DNA of 64,000 nucleotides from Candidatus Latescibacterota bacterium (GTDB lineage Bacteria; Latescibacterota; UBA2968): NCBI GenBank assembly GCA_965116885.1, contig OZ220741.1, positions 768,001 to 832,000 of the forward strand, read 5' to 3'. Shown piece by piece: positions 11,601 to 20,101 of this stretch (position 1 is its first letter; each line of letters starts with the position of its first letter). The notes under the pieces were generated by a model. It saw only the letters and a program-made list of their open reading frames with translations, ran no database searches and was not told where the DNA came from. The position numbers and the translations under genes were made by a program.

Positions 11601-11633
11601 AGCGAAAATAACAATACAGCATTTCAAATTCAT
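8601..11633 (-). CDS. Polysaccharide lyase family 8, chondroitinase ABC-like, secreted
   Basis: Signal peptide MNLKCCIVIFALGLASAAMA. LNFTGWR, DQGWADGSG, IKPDFVGFHH...Y, NGRFP, GWDWSMWPGTT. Confidence 0.85.
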   Translation of the reverse strand: MNLKCCIVIFALGLASAAMAQDVSWRYDFEAMGESYQVDAGSEVSLSARRYKGGQQSLKWTWQNNGRLLFTDPAPGRNKALTGFRAWVYNEEALDEVLTFRFGTESELSANNPRYQFEFGLNFTGWRAMWIHLRDDARNRSYEGARNGRVTAFEIRASNSGAVYLDLMELVERIHPRRSPDAQVPFVNANRADRSREYRWSQNTLPGPLPTEITDDERQAFETIARRYEAWVLGDGVKDDEREPVRIRLNELKAYIRRGYRSLADYEIRREGDRILGKPLFAELSPYEPLFQSVFQGVLLRLVLDYRLNGNEEARDRVIDVFDYLHDQGWADGSGVGAMHHEFLRVAGYAHAVYLMRDILKDTERLERELATLKWFSMFGELYEGPQVLGANADFIRSVAMYRLLCILMMDDSPEKVANMRCYIAWLNNALSIAPGWLDTIKPDFVGFHHRGIYASGYAPNAFHVASVLVYLLHDTPFAVGDDKRDNLKQALLTSRIMANTYDISMAVNGRFPRNTAVATKLLPAYMYVALSYAPVDAELSGAFMQLWKPKSQLLIEDLFERVSVRLMYLHTPGAIQMMADFASAGYASATPPSGHWTLPYGALSIHRRADWMVSMKGWGKYVWDYESSGRNNPLGRYLSYGTMLVYASGDPVGREASGIVRDGWDWSMWPGTTVIRLSHEQLKHEGRDRNFSDETFVGGVNLKGQNGVFSLKLHDTRFNTSFRAVKTVFCFDDVLVCLGSGIENDDGGHTTVTPLFQAAISEDRSTGVNGERVHAIPYMFEGIKGQRVWVMDSLGNGYVVPDGGDLRVQRQEQVSKNYGRDSGGTGTFELAYLDHGSAPQDGFYEYAVLVQRSPDRVSAFANAPEYDVWQRDHKAHIVHHRGMKATGYALFDKDARPTDGAIVSVSLPSLVMSREVGDGLLLSVADPDFGWRWEIQTPHRQDGSLIVNQASMPRKVEVTVRGIWRLDGAYDLVDARVQADQTVVAFTCQDGKSVGVKLVKADRRLEKKN

Positions 11634-11659
11634 ACTCAGACCTCTAATACTATTTGGGA

Positions 11660-11690
11660 CTGAATCGCGGCTGAAGCATGCCGCGATGAC
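11660..11690 (-). repeat. GTCAT-type palindromic intergenic element
   Basis: Minus strand GTCATCGCGGC-atgcttca-GCCGCGATTCAG, with an 8-bp perfect stem. Single copy in this window. Confidence 0.4.
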
Positions 11691-11707
11691 AACCAAAATC
11701 TTCTGAA

Positions 11708-12973
11708 TTACTGGCCTAATACCGGTGCATCTTCTGGCCTGGGAATATTCACAAAATAGGCAAAAACGGCAACTATCAACACTGCTGGTGCCAGCGCGTA
11801 AAACGCGGGCGCATAAGACCCCGCAGAACTAAAAACAGACTCAATAAACCACGGACCTGTTGCAGAAGCCAAAACCGCAAACACCTGTGCCGCACCCTGA
11901 ATTTTTCCCAAATGAAGACGGCCAAAAATATCTGCCCACGCCGTAAAAAAAATCACCGAAACCACACCCCCGGAAAACCCCAGCAATCCCGCATGTGTCA
12001 GCGCTTGCCCCGGTGTTTTAAGCTGCGGAAACAAAAGCAAATAAAGACCAACCGCCAGCATCGCAACCGTCATCAGCCTGCCCAAAGACCATCGGCGCGC
12101 CGCCCACCCCGCTGTAAAATTCCCCAACAAACCCGTCGCCATAAACGCCGCCATCGCGTATTGAAACACCGTCTCATCAAACCCCAACTCCCCCAATATA
12201 GACTGATTGAACAGCATCACACCCGCAATAACCAGATTGTAGAGCGCACTCCCAATAGCAAACACATAAAAAGCCGGTGTCATCAACGCCTGTACAAGCG
12301 TAAACCCAATCACCGGCTCCTGCGGCTCATCATCTTTCACAACCTCGGTATCCAGCCCAACTGCCTCTGGATCTCGACGAACAAATAGCAGACACAAACC
12401 AGATAGAATCATCAAAATCCACCCCAGCCCCGACCACATAACCCGCCAACCCTGCGTGAGCACAACATCACCAGCAACAACAATCGCAACCGCAAAACCC
12501 AGACTCATAAGCACGGCGAAAATACCCATCGCAAAGCTCAACCGCCGCACAAACCACTTGCCAACCATCGTCAAACTCACCACAGACAGCGCGCTTTGCC
12601 CCACACCCCGCATCAAAACCAGCAACAAAAGCAAAAAACCAGCACCTGTCATCTGGCTAAACCCCAAAACCACCAGACTCAGAACAAATAGCACCGCCGT
12701 CACAACAGCGCGAACCCCAAAGCGATCAATAGTTACACCGCAGACCAAATTGAACAACGCTCCCAAAATAGTCGCCCAGAAATTCATCCCGGCAAAATCG
12801 AGCCGAGAAATACCCAGATCCGCGATCAAAGGCTCTGTAATCAAACCAATACCAACACTTCTGCCCGGCAGCGTAGCCACCATCGCAACCGCCGCAAAAA
12901 CCAAAACCACCCAACCGTAATAAAACAGCATACGCGCGGGTAGCGCATTGTCAAAATTATTTTTTAAAATCAA
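11708..12973 (-). CDS. MFS transporter
   Basis: About 12 hydrophobic segments; FYYGW N-terminus, GVTIDRFGVR motif A, WADIFGRLHLGKIQG. Start uncertain. Confidence 0.85.
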   Translation of the reverse strand: MILKNNFDNALPARMLFYYGWVVLVFAAVAMVATLPGRSVGIGLITEPLIADLGISRLDFAGMNFWATILGALFNLVCGVTIDRFGVRAVVTAVLFVLSLVVLGFSQMTGAGFLLLLLVLMRGVGQSALSVVSLTMVGKWFVRRLSFAMGIFAVLMSLGFAVAIVVAGDVVLTQGWRVMWSGLGWILMILSGLCLLFVRRDPEAVGLDTEVVKDDEPQEPVIGFTLVQALMTPAFYVFAIGSALYNLVIAGVMLFNQSILGELGFDETVFQYAMAAFMATGLLGNFTAGWAARRWSLGRLMTVAMLAVGLYLLLFPQLKTPGQALTHAGLLGFSGGVVSVIFFTAWADIFGRLHLGKIQGAAQVFAVLASATGPWFIESVFSSAGSYAPAFYALAPAVLIVAVFAYFVNIPRPEDAPVLGQ

Positions 12974-13011
12974 TTTTCTACTCTGTTAGAATGGGCGCTG
13001 AACATATAGTT

Positions 13012-13049
13012 AAAAAGCTCCAACAAGATGAACTGCTTGTTGGAGCTTT
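13012..13049 (-). terminator. Rho-independent terminator closing the three-gene cassette
   Basis: 14-bp perfect stem AAAGCTCCAACAAG/CTTGTTGGAGCTTT with an 8-nt loop and a T run on the minus strand, 17 nt after the stop at 13067. Confidence 0.75.
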
Positions 13050-13066
13050 GCAAATTAAAAAATGGG

Positions 13067-13630
13067 TTAATCCGGTAAACCAATTCGACCCCTAAAATTG
13101 TAAAACCTTTGCATCAGATGCTGAACATAAATTGGTGGTACAACTGCAATCCTATCTATACCGCCCTCTTCAATTGCACGATAAATATTTAAAGTTGCAA
13201 TACCAAAGACATTTTTGAAATCCATATACAAATCAGGTAGAGGTCGGACTTGATCACTATTTTCAATCGACGCTTCTTGAAGATGGTGATACCTTTCGTT
13301 TTGGTTACTCTTCACATTTCTAAACAAGCTCGAATTGAGCTGACTTCGCTGCCGAATATTTTCTTCCTCATAAACGTCACAAAAAAAAATCTGAGCAAGC
13401 TCATTTTGTGGCTTTGGGGGGCCAGTAAATCGCGATACATAATCCCACTCTAAATCACAAGCCGGGTTCATCACCATTACCAGATTATGTTCTATAGGAT
13501 TAAATATTATTTCCAAATCTCGTGATGAAGCTTGAGCAGGTACATCTGCCACAAACTCATGTACACCATATAGTATCTCACCCTGGATTAAGGCTCCAAC
13601 TTCGGGGGAAGGTTCATATTTAAACGCCAC
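13067..13630 (-). CDS. Hypothetical protein with QGEIL...NPACDL...YMDF...RIGLP motifs; possibly PemK/MazF-like fold
   Basis: 187-aa ORF with GTG start and GAGGA RBS, third gene of the cassette. The fold is inference. Confidence 0.65.
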   Translation of the reverse strand: MAFKYEPSPEVGALIQGEILYGVHEFVADVPAQASSRDLEIIFNPIEHNLVMVMNPACDLEWDYVSRFTGPPKPQNELAQIFFCDVYEEENIRQRSQLNSSLFRNVKSNQNERYHHLQEASIENSDQVRPLPDLYMDFKNVFGIATLNIYRAIEEGGIDRIAVVPPIYVQHLMQRFYNFRGRIGLPD

Positions 13631-13639
13631 GTCACGTCC

Positions 13640-14110
13640 TCAACCGTCAATAATCAACTCTGGTCGAGGAATGGTTTTCCCGACTTTGGCTATTTTAGGT
13701 TGCGTCTCTTGCTCTTGGCTCTTCAACCGGAACCGGGCTGGCGGTGGTGGTTGTAAATGAAATTGAAGTATATCCGCCAATGTTTCCAAAGCCTCTTCTA
13801 AGCCTTGAGATGGCAAACCCGATATGAGAAAATGACAAAAGAATCTCTGCGCGATCTCCCTGCTCTCGCCCTCCTGCTCATTGTAAAAACTAATCTCTTG
13901 CCCCAAAGCACCCACGGTACCACTAAACCTCCAATATCCCTTTACATTTTCTATTTCATTCTGGTTCAAGAGCATATCTGAGCTTCGGGATGCGATCTCT
14001 CTACTCTCGCCCTCTTGCTCATTGTAAAAACTAATCTCTTGTCCTAAATCTCCCACAGTACCACTAAACTTCCAATATCCCTTTACATTTTCTATTTCAT
14101 TCTGGTTCAA
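13640..14110 (-). CDS. Hypothetical protein with duplicated 47-aa N-terminal unit
   Basis: Likely TTG start at 14110 (MNQNE; ATG 14116 is an alternative), overlapping the upstream stop. Mostly synonymous differences between the repeat copies support coding status. Confidence 0.6.
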   Translation of the reverse strand: MNQNEIENVKGYWKFSGTVGDLGQEISFYNEQEGESREIASRSSDMLLNQNEIENVKGYWRFSGTVGALGQEISFYNEQEGESREIAQRFFCHFLISGLPSQGLEEALETLADILQFHLQPPPPARFRLKSQEQETQPKIAKVGKTIPRPELIIDG

Positions 14111-14128
14111 GGGCATATCTGAGCTTCG
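13851..14128. repeat. Tandem duplication, period 141 bp
   Basis: 13851-13987 versus 13992-14128; I count 10 mismatches in 137 bp. Confidence 0.95.
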
Positions 14129-14876
14129 AGGAGAGAGTCCATCGGAAGAGGTCCCCCGCTGTGCGATTAAAGGATTTAAGAATTGAAGGAATTGCATCAA
14201 ACTCACTCCTTTCTTCGGTATAACAGTCTGTATCTATCAAATACTGCTCTTGATTATTTTTATAACTTAGACCATGTCGAAGCCTGACCTTCGATAGTCC
14301 TTTGATATCAACAATATCGAATTCTGCCTCAGAAATGATACGGGACGGTGCAGTCTGAAGGGTTGTATCGCCAAGCAACCCAATGAGAGCCGGATTCAAT
14401 AATTCTGACCACGCTATACCATCTAAACCGATTTTTTCTCGCTCAATTATATCAATATACCTGAGTCCGATTCTGGTGTAAAAATTGGGTTTATACTCTT
14501 CGTCCAATGCCTCAGCAACCAGATTCATCTCCTGACTGAAATTCTCCCAACTCTTGTAGCCATTGTCCGTGAGAGCGATAAAGCCCTGAGTCAGATTGAC
14601 ATATTTTTTTTTATTTTCAGATGCAAACTTATGATTAGGCCCTTCGGGAGTTTTAAGAGAACCTATATTCGAAAGTTGTTCTACTATCCTGGAGAATTCC
14701 TCTGGAAGATATTGATTCTCTCCCTCATAATAGGGATATTGAGACCTTATTCGATCTTGGAAATTAGACGGCGGTTCACTTGCAATTTTCAAAATTTCAG
14801 GAAATCGCAACTGACAAATAACCCTCTGCAATGGGTTTTTTGCGAATATTATTCTGTCAGATTTGGGAAAGGCCAT
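14097..14876 (-). CDS. TIGR04255-family protein
   Basis: FAKNPLQRVICQLRFP, YKSWENF, TRIGLRYIDII, YLIDTDC match the family pattern from memory. Start ATG 14876. Confidence 0.8.
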   Translation of the reverse strand: MAFPKSDRIIFAKNPLQRVICQLRFPEILKIASEPPSNFQDRIRSQYPYYEGENQYLPEEFSRIVEQLSNIGSLKTPEGPNHKFASENKKKYVNLTQGFIALTDNGYKSWENFSQEMNLVAEALDEEYKPNFYTRIGLRYIDIIEREKIGLDGIAWSELLNPALIGLLGDTTLQTAPSRIISEAEFDIVDIKGLSKVRLRHGLSYKNNQEQYLIDTDCYTEERSEFDAIPSILKSFNRTAGDLFRWTLSSKLRYALEPE

Positions 14877-14983
14877 ATCATAAATTGTTATTTTGATGAA
14901 ACTCAAACTTTCACAGAATGAAATAGGCAAAACACTTTACGTCAAGCACTTTTTGGACGCTTGACCTATCAAATGGGTTTCTG

Positions 14984-15811
14984 CTATTTATATTCTACAC
15001 ACGCCTTGAGCTTTGCCAGACCCTCTTCAGCGACCACAACAGACCCTTTTGCCCAGTAACTCGGATTAAACAACTCCAGAGACAACATCCCCTCATACCC
15101 CGCATTCTCAAACCCCGCCACAATCTCTGCCCAGGGCGCCAAACCATCCCCTGGATAAACCCGATCCGCATCTGTTATGGTATCCCTGCCGGGCGAAGCT
15201 GGATAATCATTCACATGCACCAAACCCAACTTACCCGGACCCAGATGCTCCAGCCCGTGAAAATGTCCACTCCCCTTGTACATGTGATACACATCCGCCA
15301 GAAGCACCGTATCTGGCCGCCCGCATTCAGCCGCTACAAACAAAGCTTCACCCAGCGTACCCAGAGTCTGCGCAATACCCCAAAACTCCAGCAGCGGTCT
15401 CGCCCGAAACCCGACAACCTCATCCATCAATTCCCCATAGCGACGCGCCACAGAAAACAAATCCACATCCCGGTCCCGGATCCCAAAAGGCGGAGCCGCG
15501 ACATACGTACAATCGAGCGCATCGGCCATCTCAAAACAGCGACGCGCTTCCTCAAGCCCCTTTGCCCGCTCCTCATCCTCTGGCACAGACCACTCAAAAA
15601 ACGCGATCAAATTGACAATCTGAATCCCCCTATCCGCTGCCTTATCGCGTATCTCAGACAGCGAACCACCCCCTGCAACCCACGCATCAATTTCTGCCAC
15701 CCACGGCTCAATCCCCTCATACCCCGCATCCGCCGCAATATCGATGGCATCGACCACAGAAACGCCCTCATTGCGAATCGTGCTGGTATTCAAACAATAC
15801 GAAAAACCCAT
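14984..15811 (-). CDS. Sugar phosphate isomerase/epimerase (xylose-isomerase-like TIM barrel)
   Basis: AGYEGIEPW, LLEFWG, LADVYH, VHVND, RVYPGDG, LSLELFN. GAGGAG RBS precedes ATG 15811. Confidence 0.85.
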   Translation of the reverse strand: MGFSYCLNTSTIRNEGVSVVDAIDIAADAGYEGIEPWVAEIDAWVAGGGSLSEIRDKAADRGIQIVNLIAFFEWSVPEDEERAKGLEEARRCFEMADALDCTYVAAPPFGIRDRDVDLFSVARRYGELMDEVVGFRARPLLEFWGIAQTLGTLGEALFVAAECGRPDTVLLADVYHMYKGSGHFHGLEHLGPGKLGLVHVNDYPASPGRDTITDADRVYPGDGLAPWAEIVAGFENAGYEGMLSLELFNPSYWAKGSVVVAEEGLAKLKACVEYK

Positions 15812-15847
15812 GTTTATTCTCCTCACACAAAGACACGAAGGGATAAA

Positions 15848-15911
15848 AAACGACCCGTTTTACCCCGCCCGCTCCGTCTATTCATCTGCGTCTATCTGCG
15901 TCATCTGCGGA
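15848..15911 (-). repeat. Degenerate copy of the GAATAGAC/GTACAACTG element plus ATCTGCG short repeats
   Basis: Minus strand GAATAGACGGAGCGGGCGGGGTAAAACGGGTCGTTT resembles 41622-41653. Three ATCTGCG units lie at about 15884-15909. Confidence 0.55.
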
Positions 15912-15923
15912 TACTTCTGTTTC

Positions 15924-17312
15924 CTATATACTCGGCAAAGGTGCCGTATCACCCGTCTCGTGCTGCCACAGGCGAATCGCCGCCGCCATACTGCGAACGC
16001 GATCCCGGTGCTCGGGCGCATCGAACAAATTATTCTCCTCAAAAGGATCGGTATTCAAATCGAACAACTCGCACTGATCGCCCGCACACAAATTCAACTT
16101 CCACCGGTCGCCCGTCACAACACAGCGCCACGGCAGCGTCGCCACCAAATTGATATCGGGAGTTCCCAAATTGCGGTCGCCAATCCCATTCCACTCCATA
16201 AACGCCATGTGCGCCTTCAAATCGCGGTCGCCCGTCAAAGCACCCGCCACACTCTCACCCTGACACTGATCTGGAATCGGTACCCCCGCCAGATCCAAAA
16301 GCGTCGGAACCAGATCCGCGTGACCAAACACCCCATCCACCCGCGTCTGCTCCGCATTCAACCACGGCACATGCATCAAAAACGGAACCCGCGCCGACTC
16401 TTCGTAAAACGCCCGCTTCTCCCACATGCGGTGATCGCCCGCCATCTCGCCGTGATCGCTCGTAAACACAAAAATCGTATTCTCCATCTGACCCGTCTCA
16501 TCCAGCGCCTGCACCATCTGACCAATGGCATCATCCACAATTTTCACATTGCCCAAATACTGCGCCCGCAACTTTCGCCAATTCTCATCCCGCGTCATAT
16601 CTTCTGCCACAACCCGCGCATCCGTGGTATTGCGATAAAAATCCGAACGCACGCGGTTAAACAGCGAATGCCCCTCTGGATGCTTCAAAAACGTCGGTCC
16701 CACCGGAATCTCCTCCGGATCGTACAACCCGTCATAAGGTCCCCGATAAGGCGGATGCGGCTCAAACGTACTGGCAACGAGCAGCCATGGCCGCCCCGTA
16801 TGCTCGCGAATAAACCGCTCGGACTCCGCGCCCACATAAGCCCCAATCTGCGCGGAAGCCGGCATCTCCGCACGTTGCTGGGGCGTAAACCTGTTGGGCA
16901 CATCCGGCGCAAAGCCCTGATCCACCAACCACTGGTGGTACCCACACCCATCCGCAATACTACACCACTCGTCAAACCCGTGCTGACAGTTGCCATCATC
17001 TCCCAGATGCCACTTGCCCACATACCCCTTGCGGTACGTATCGGGCATCATCTCCGCGATGGACAACGTCTCCTCCCTCATCGGAATCCCATTGACCACA
17101 CACCCATGCGAATGCGGATAAAGCCCGGTAATCAACGACCCCCGCGCCGGCGTACAAACCGCCTGCGTCACATAGGCATTCTCAAAAACAAAACTCCGCG
17201 CAGCCAGCGCGTCATGATGCGGCGACTGAATCCACTCATTGCCATAACACGCCATCGTATCCGTGCGCTGCTGATCTGTGATAATAACTACTATATTTGG
17301 TTGACGCGACAT
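15924..17312 (-). CDS. Sulfatase (Cys-type)
   Basis: PNIVVIITDQQR, CTPARGSLITG, GKWHLG, SDHGE. Confidence 0.9.
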   Translation of the reverse strand: MSRQPNIVVIITDQQRTDTMACYGNEWIQSPHHDALAARSFVFENAYVTQAVCTPARGSLITGLYPHSHGCVVNGIPMREETLSIAEMMPDTYRKGYVGKWHLGDDGNCQHGFDEWCSIADGCGYHQWLVDQGFAPDVPNRFTPQQRAEMPASAQIGAYVGAESERFIREHTGRPWLLVASTFEPHPPYRGPYDGLYDPEEIPVGPTFLKHPEGHSLFNRVRSDFYRNTTDARVVAEDMTRDENWRKLRAQYLGNVKIVDDAIGQMVQALDETGQMENTIFVFTSDHGEMAGDHRMWEKRAFYEESARVPFLMHVPWLNAEQTRVDGVFGHADLVPTLLDLAGVPIPDQCQGESVAGALTGDRDLKAHMAFMEWNGIGDRNLGTPDINLVATLPWRCVVTGDRWKLNLCAGDQCELFDLNTDPFEENNLFDAPEHRDRVRSMAAAIRLWQHETGDTAPLPSI

Positions 17313-17314
17313 TG

Positions 17315-18652
17315 CTATCTCTCCTGAATTTTAAAATGCCTACCTTCTTTCGCTGCTTGCCATTGGTCTTCTGTATCGATCTCCACGCCGGGATCGCCCT
17401 GTTGATTCATCCAGCAGTCCAGTTCGGCAGACAGGCGTTTCTTCGTCTCTGCGTGCGCGGGATCATCGACCAAATTATTCAACTCACAGGGATCCTCATC
17501 CATGCGATACAACTGCTCAGGGGGACGGCGCATGTATCGATCCACCAAAAACCGCGTATGCTCATTAAACGTCGTATCAAAAACCCATGTCGGCCAGTAC
17601 TGGTGCCATCTAAACTGCCCCATCAGATGCTTCTCAATATAGATCGCCTCGGGCGTCAAATTGCGAATATAGTGATACGTACCATCCGTCACCGCGCGGA
17701 TCGGATAGGGCGGACCCTCGGGAATATTATTATGCATAAAATACGCGAACTCTCGATGTGCATCTGCCTCGCCCAAAAGCACAGACATAAAACTCGACCC
17801 ATCAAAATCAATCGCATCGGGATCGCCGCCCGCAGCCTCAATCAGCGTTGGTGCGACATCTTCATACTGAATAACCGCATCGGTATATCCCGGCTTCACC
17901 ACGCCGGGCCAGCGCACGATAAAACCCGTATGAACACCCGTATTCCAATTCGTCCACTTGCACCCGGGAAACTGCGACCCCTGCTCAGACGTAAAAATCA
18001 CCAGCGTATTATCCGCCTGCCCGGACTCATCCAGCACCGATAGAATCTCACCCACCTCCTGATCCAGCACCTCGATCTCCGCCAAATACTTGGCATAATC
18101 ACTCCGCGTCTCCTCTGTATCCGCCAGATACGGAGGCAACTTCAACGCATCCAGATCAAAATGCTCGGGATTGCCCAGCGTCCACGGCGCGTGCGGCTCA
18201 AAAAGACCTGCCACAAGACAAAAAGGCGCATCCCGATCTTGCTCCACAAACGCGCGAATACCCTCAACGCCAAACTCGGGATCGGGATGTGTGCATCCCC
18301 CCTCAATACCCGGCACATATTCAAAAGGAAAACTCTTATTGGGACCCACATGCTTCTTGCCACACAGCCCCACGCGATATCCCAGATCCCCCAGAAAATG
18401 CGGAAGACTCCTCGTCCCCGGACGCGCAGCAGAATGATTCCAGCACGAACCATTGCGCGCCGGGTACAACCCCGTATAAAGTGCCGTACGGCACGGATTG
18501 CACATCGCCATAGGCAAATACGCCCGATTAAAAACCAGACCATCCCGCGCCAACCCGTCAATATTCGGCGTATCCACATTCTGCCCACCGTAAAGCGACA
18601 AATCGAGATACGTCGCATCATCTGCAATCACGATCAAAATATTCGGTCCCAT
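17315..18652 (-). CDS. Sulfatase (Cys-type)
   Basis: PNILIVIADD, CNPCRTALYTG, GKKHV, TSEQG. Confidence 0.9.
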   Translation of the reverse strand: MGPNILIVIADDATYLDLSLYGGQNVDTPNIDGLARDGLVFNRAYLPMAMCNPCRTALYTGLYPARNGSCWNHSAARPGTRSLPHFLGDLGYRVGLCGKKHVGPNKSFPFEYVPGIEGGCTHPDPEFGVEGIRAFVEQDRDAPFCLVAGLFEPHAPWTLGNPEHFDLDALKLPPYLADTEETRSDYAKYLAEIEVLDQEVGEILSVLDESGQADNTLVIFTSEQGSQFPGCKWTNWNTGVHTGFIVRWPGVVKPGYTDAVIQYEDVAPTLIEAAGGDPDAIDFDGSSFMSVLLGEADAHREFAYFMHNNIPEGPPYPIRAVTDGTYHYIRNLTPEAIYIEKHLMGQFRWHQYWPTWVFDTTFNEHTRFLVDRYMRRPPEQLYRMDEDPCELNNLVDDPAHAETKKRLSAELDCWMNQQGDPGVEIDTEDQWQAAKEGRHFKIQER

Positions 18653-20091
18653 AACCCCTCCTTTTTAAGTCCCAATCGCACCAACAACTCTGACGGCGCA
18701 TCAATAGCGCGCAATTTCTCAACCATCAAATTTTGCATACGAGCCAGCGCATCGGATTCACTATCGGCGAGATCATTCTCCTGATCGGGATCCGAAGGCA
18801 TGTGATACAACCGCGTCTTGTGCTTCTCGGGATGTCGCGCAGGCGTCTGCTTGCTCCGCAGCACATCGGCACCCCAATCAAACTGATTCCGATTCGCAAT
18901 AATACTCGAATAAGCATACACCGGCGGATTGGACTCATCCACCCCCTGCAACAGCACATACTCCCCATCGGTAATATTGCACGTCCCCGAAAACTGACCG
19001 TACAAAATCGCATCGCGCCCGGGCGCATCCTCATCCCTCAGAAACGGAATCAAACTCTGCCCGTGCAAATTCACCCCATCGGGCACCGCCAACCCCATGG
19101 CCTCCACCACAGTCGGAAAATAATCAACCGGCTGAACAAACTGCACGGGACGCGCACCGTGACCAAACTCGGGATGCCACACAATCATCGGAATCCGCGT
19201 AATCTCATTCCAGAGCACCCAATTCTTTCCCGTGCGCCCGTGATCGCCATTGTGCGTCCCGTGATCCGACGCGAGAATAATCATCGTATTATCCATCAAC
19301 CCCATATTCTCAACCTGATCCAGAAAATGCCCCACCCAGCGATCCACCATCGTCACCTCACCCGCATAAATCGCCTGCACCCGCTTCAACTCCGCCGCCG
19401 TCAAATTGCCATCCACCCAATCGTACGGCGCCACCGGATACTCCATCACATCGTCTTCCGAATCATCGTACAACTTCACATAGTGGCGTGGCGGATCCCA
19501 TGGCTCGTGCGGATCAAAAGAATCAATCATCAAAAAGAACTCTTGATCCGCATTGTGCTGAAGCCATCGCGCCGCCCGTGAAAACAACTGCGGCGAAAAC
19601 CAATCGCGTTCTTCCTTGCGGATATATTGCGCATTGCGAAAATGCGGTTGCTCGGGCCTGTTATGCGGCGGATAATCCAGCGTCCGATTCTCAAAAACAA
19701 TATCCGAATCCGTCACATACCGGTCCCGCTCCTGCCCGCGCACAAAATCAAATCCCGAAAACGGACGCCAGTACCCACTGCCCGGATTGCTCGTCCAGTG
19801 GTGATACACATCCGTAAAAAAGTAGGACACCTTACCCGCCTCATGCACCGTCCCACCCAGCGTCACATCATCCGGCTCTATACCGCCCCACCCCCGCCAC
19901 GGAAACTCGTATCGCCCCGTCGCAATATCCCGGCGACACGGCAGCGTAGGATACGAAGCCAAATACGCATTCTCAAAAACCGCGCCCCGCTCGGCAAAAC
20001 GATCTATATTCGGCGTGTGAATCCGAGAATTGTCATAACACCCCACATGATCTCGACGCCAGGTATCCAGCACAATCAGAATGACATTCAT
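18634..20091 (-). CDS. Sulfatase-like hydrolase with Thr at the nucleophile position
   Basis: NVILIVLDTWRRD, TLPCRRDIATG, FDPHEPWDPP, SDHG. Confidence 0.8.
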   Translation of the reverse strand: MNVILIVLDTWRRDHVGCYDNSRIHTPNIDRFAERGAVFENAYLASYPTLPCRRDIATGRYEFPWRGWGGIEPDDVTLGGTVHEAGKVSYFFTDVYHHWTSNPGSGYWRPFSGFDFVRGQERDRYVTDSDIVFENRTLDYPPHNRPEQPHFRNAQYIRKEERDWFSPQLFSRAARWLQHNADQEFFLMIDSFDPHEPWDPPRHYVKLYDDSEDDVMEYPVAPYDWVDGNLTAAELKRVQAIYAGEVTMVDRWVGHFLDQVENMGLMDNTMIILASDHGTHNGDHGRTGKNWVLWNEITRIPMIVWHPEFGHGARPVQFVQPVDYFPTVVEAMGLAVPDGVNLHGQSLIPFLRDEDAPGRDAILYGQFSGTCNITDGEYVLLQGVDESNPPVYAYSSIIANRNQFDWGADVLRSKQTPARHPEKHKTRLYHMPSDPDQENDLADSESDALARMQNLMVEKLRAIDAPSELLVRLGLKKEGLWDRIF

Positions 20092-20101
20092 AAAAAACTC
20101 C

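Noticed and set aside
14117..14206. Upstream extension of cassette gene 2
   Set aside because: It lies inside the TIGR04255 gene, and the substitution pattern favours a start at about 14110.
15744..17327. 527-aa plus-strand ORF
   Set aside because: It is antisense to a clear sulfatase, has an Arg/His/Ile/Pro-rich shadow composition and shows no motifs.
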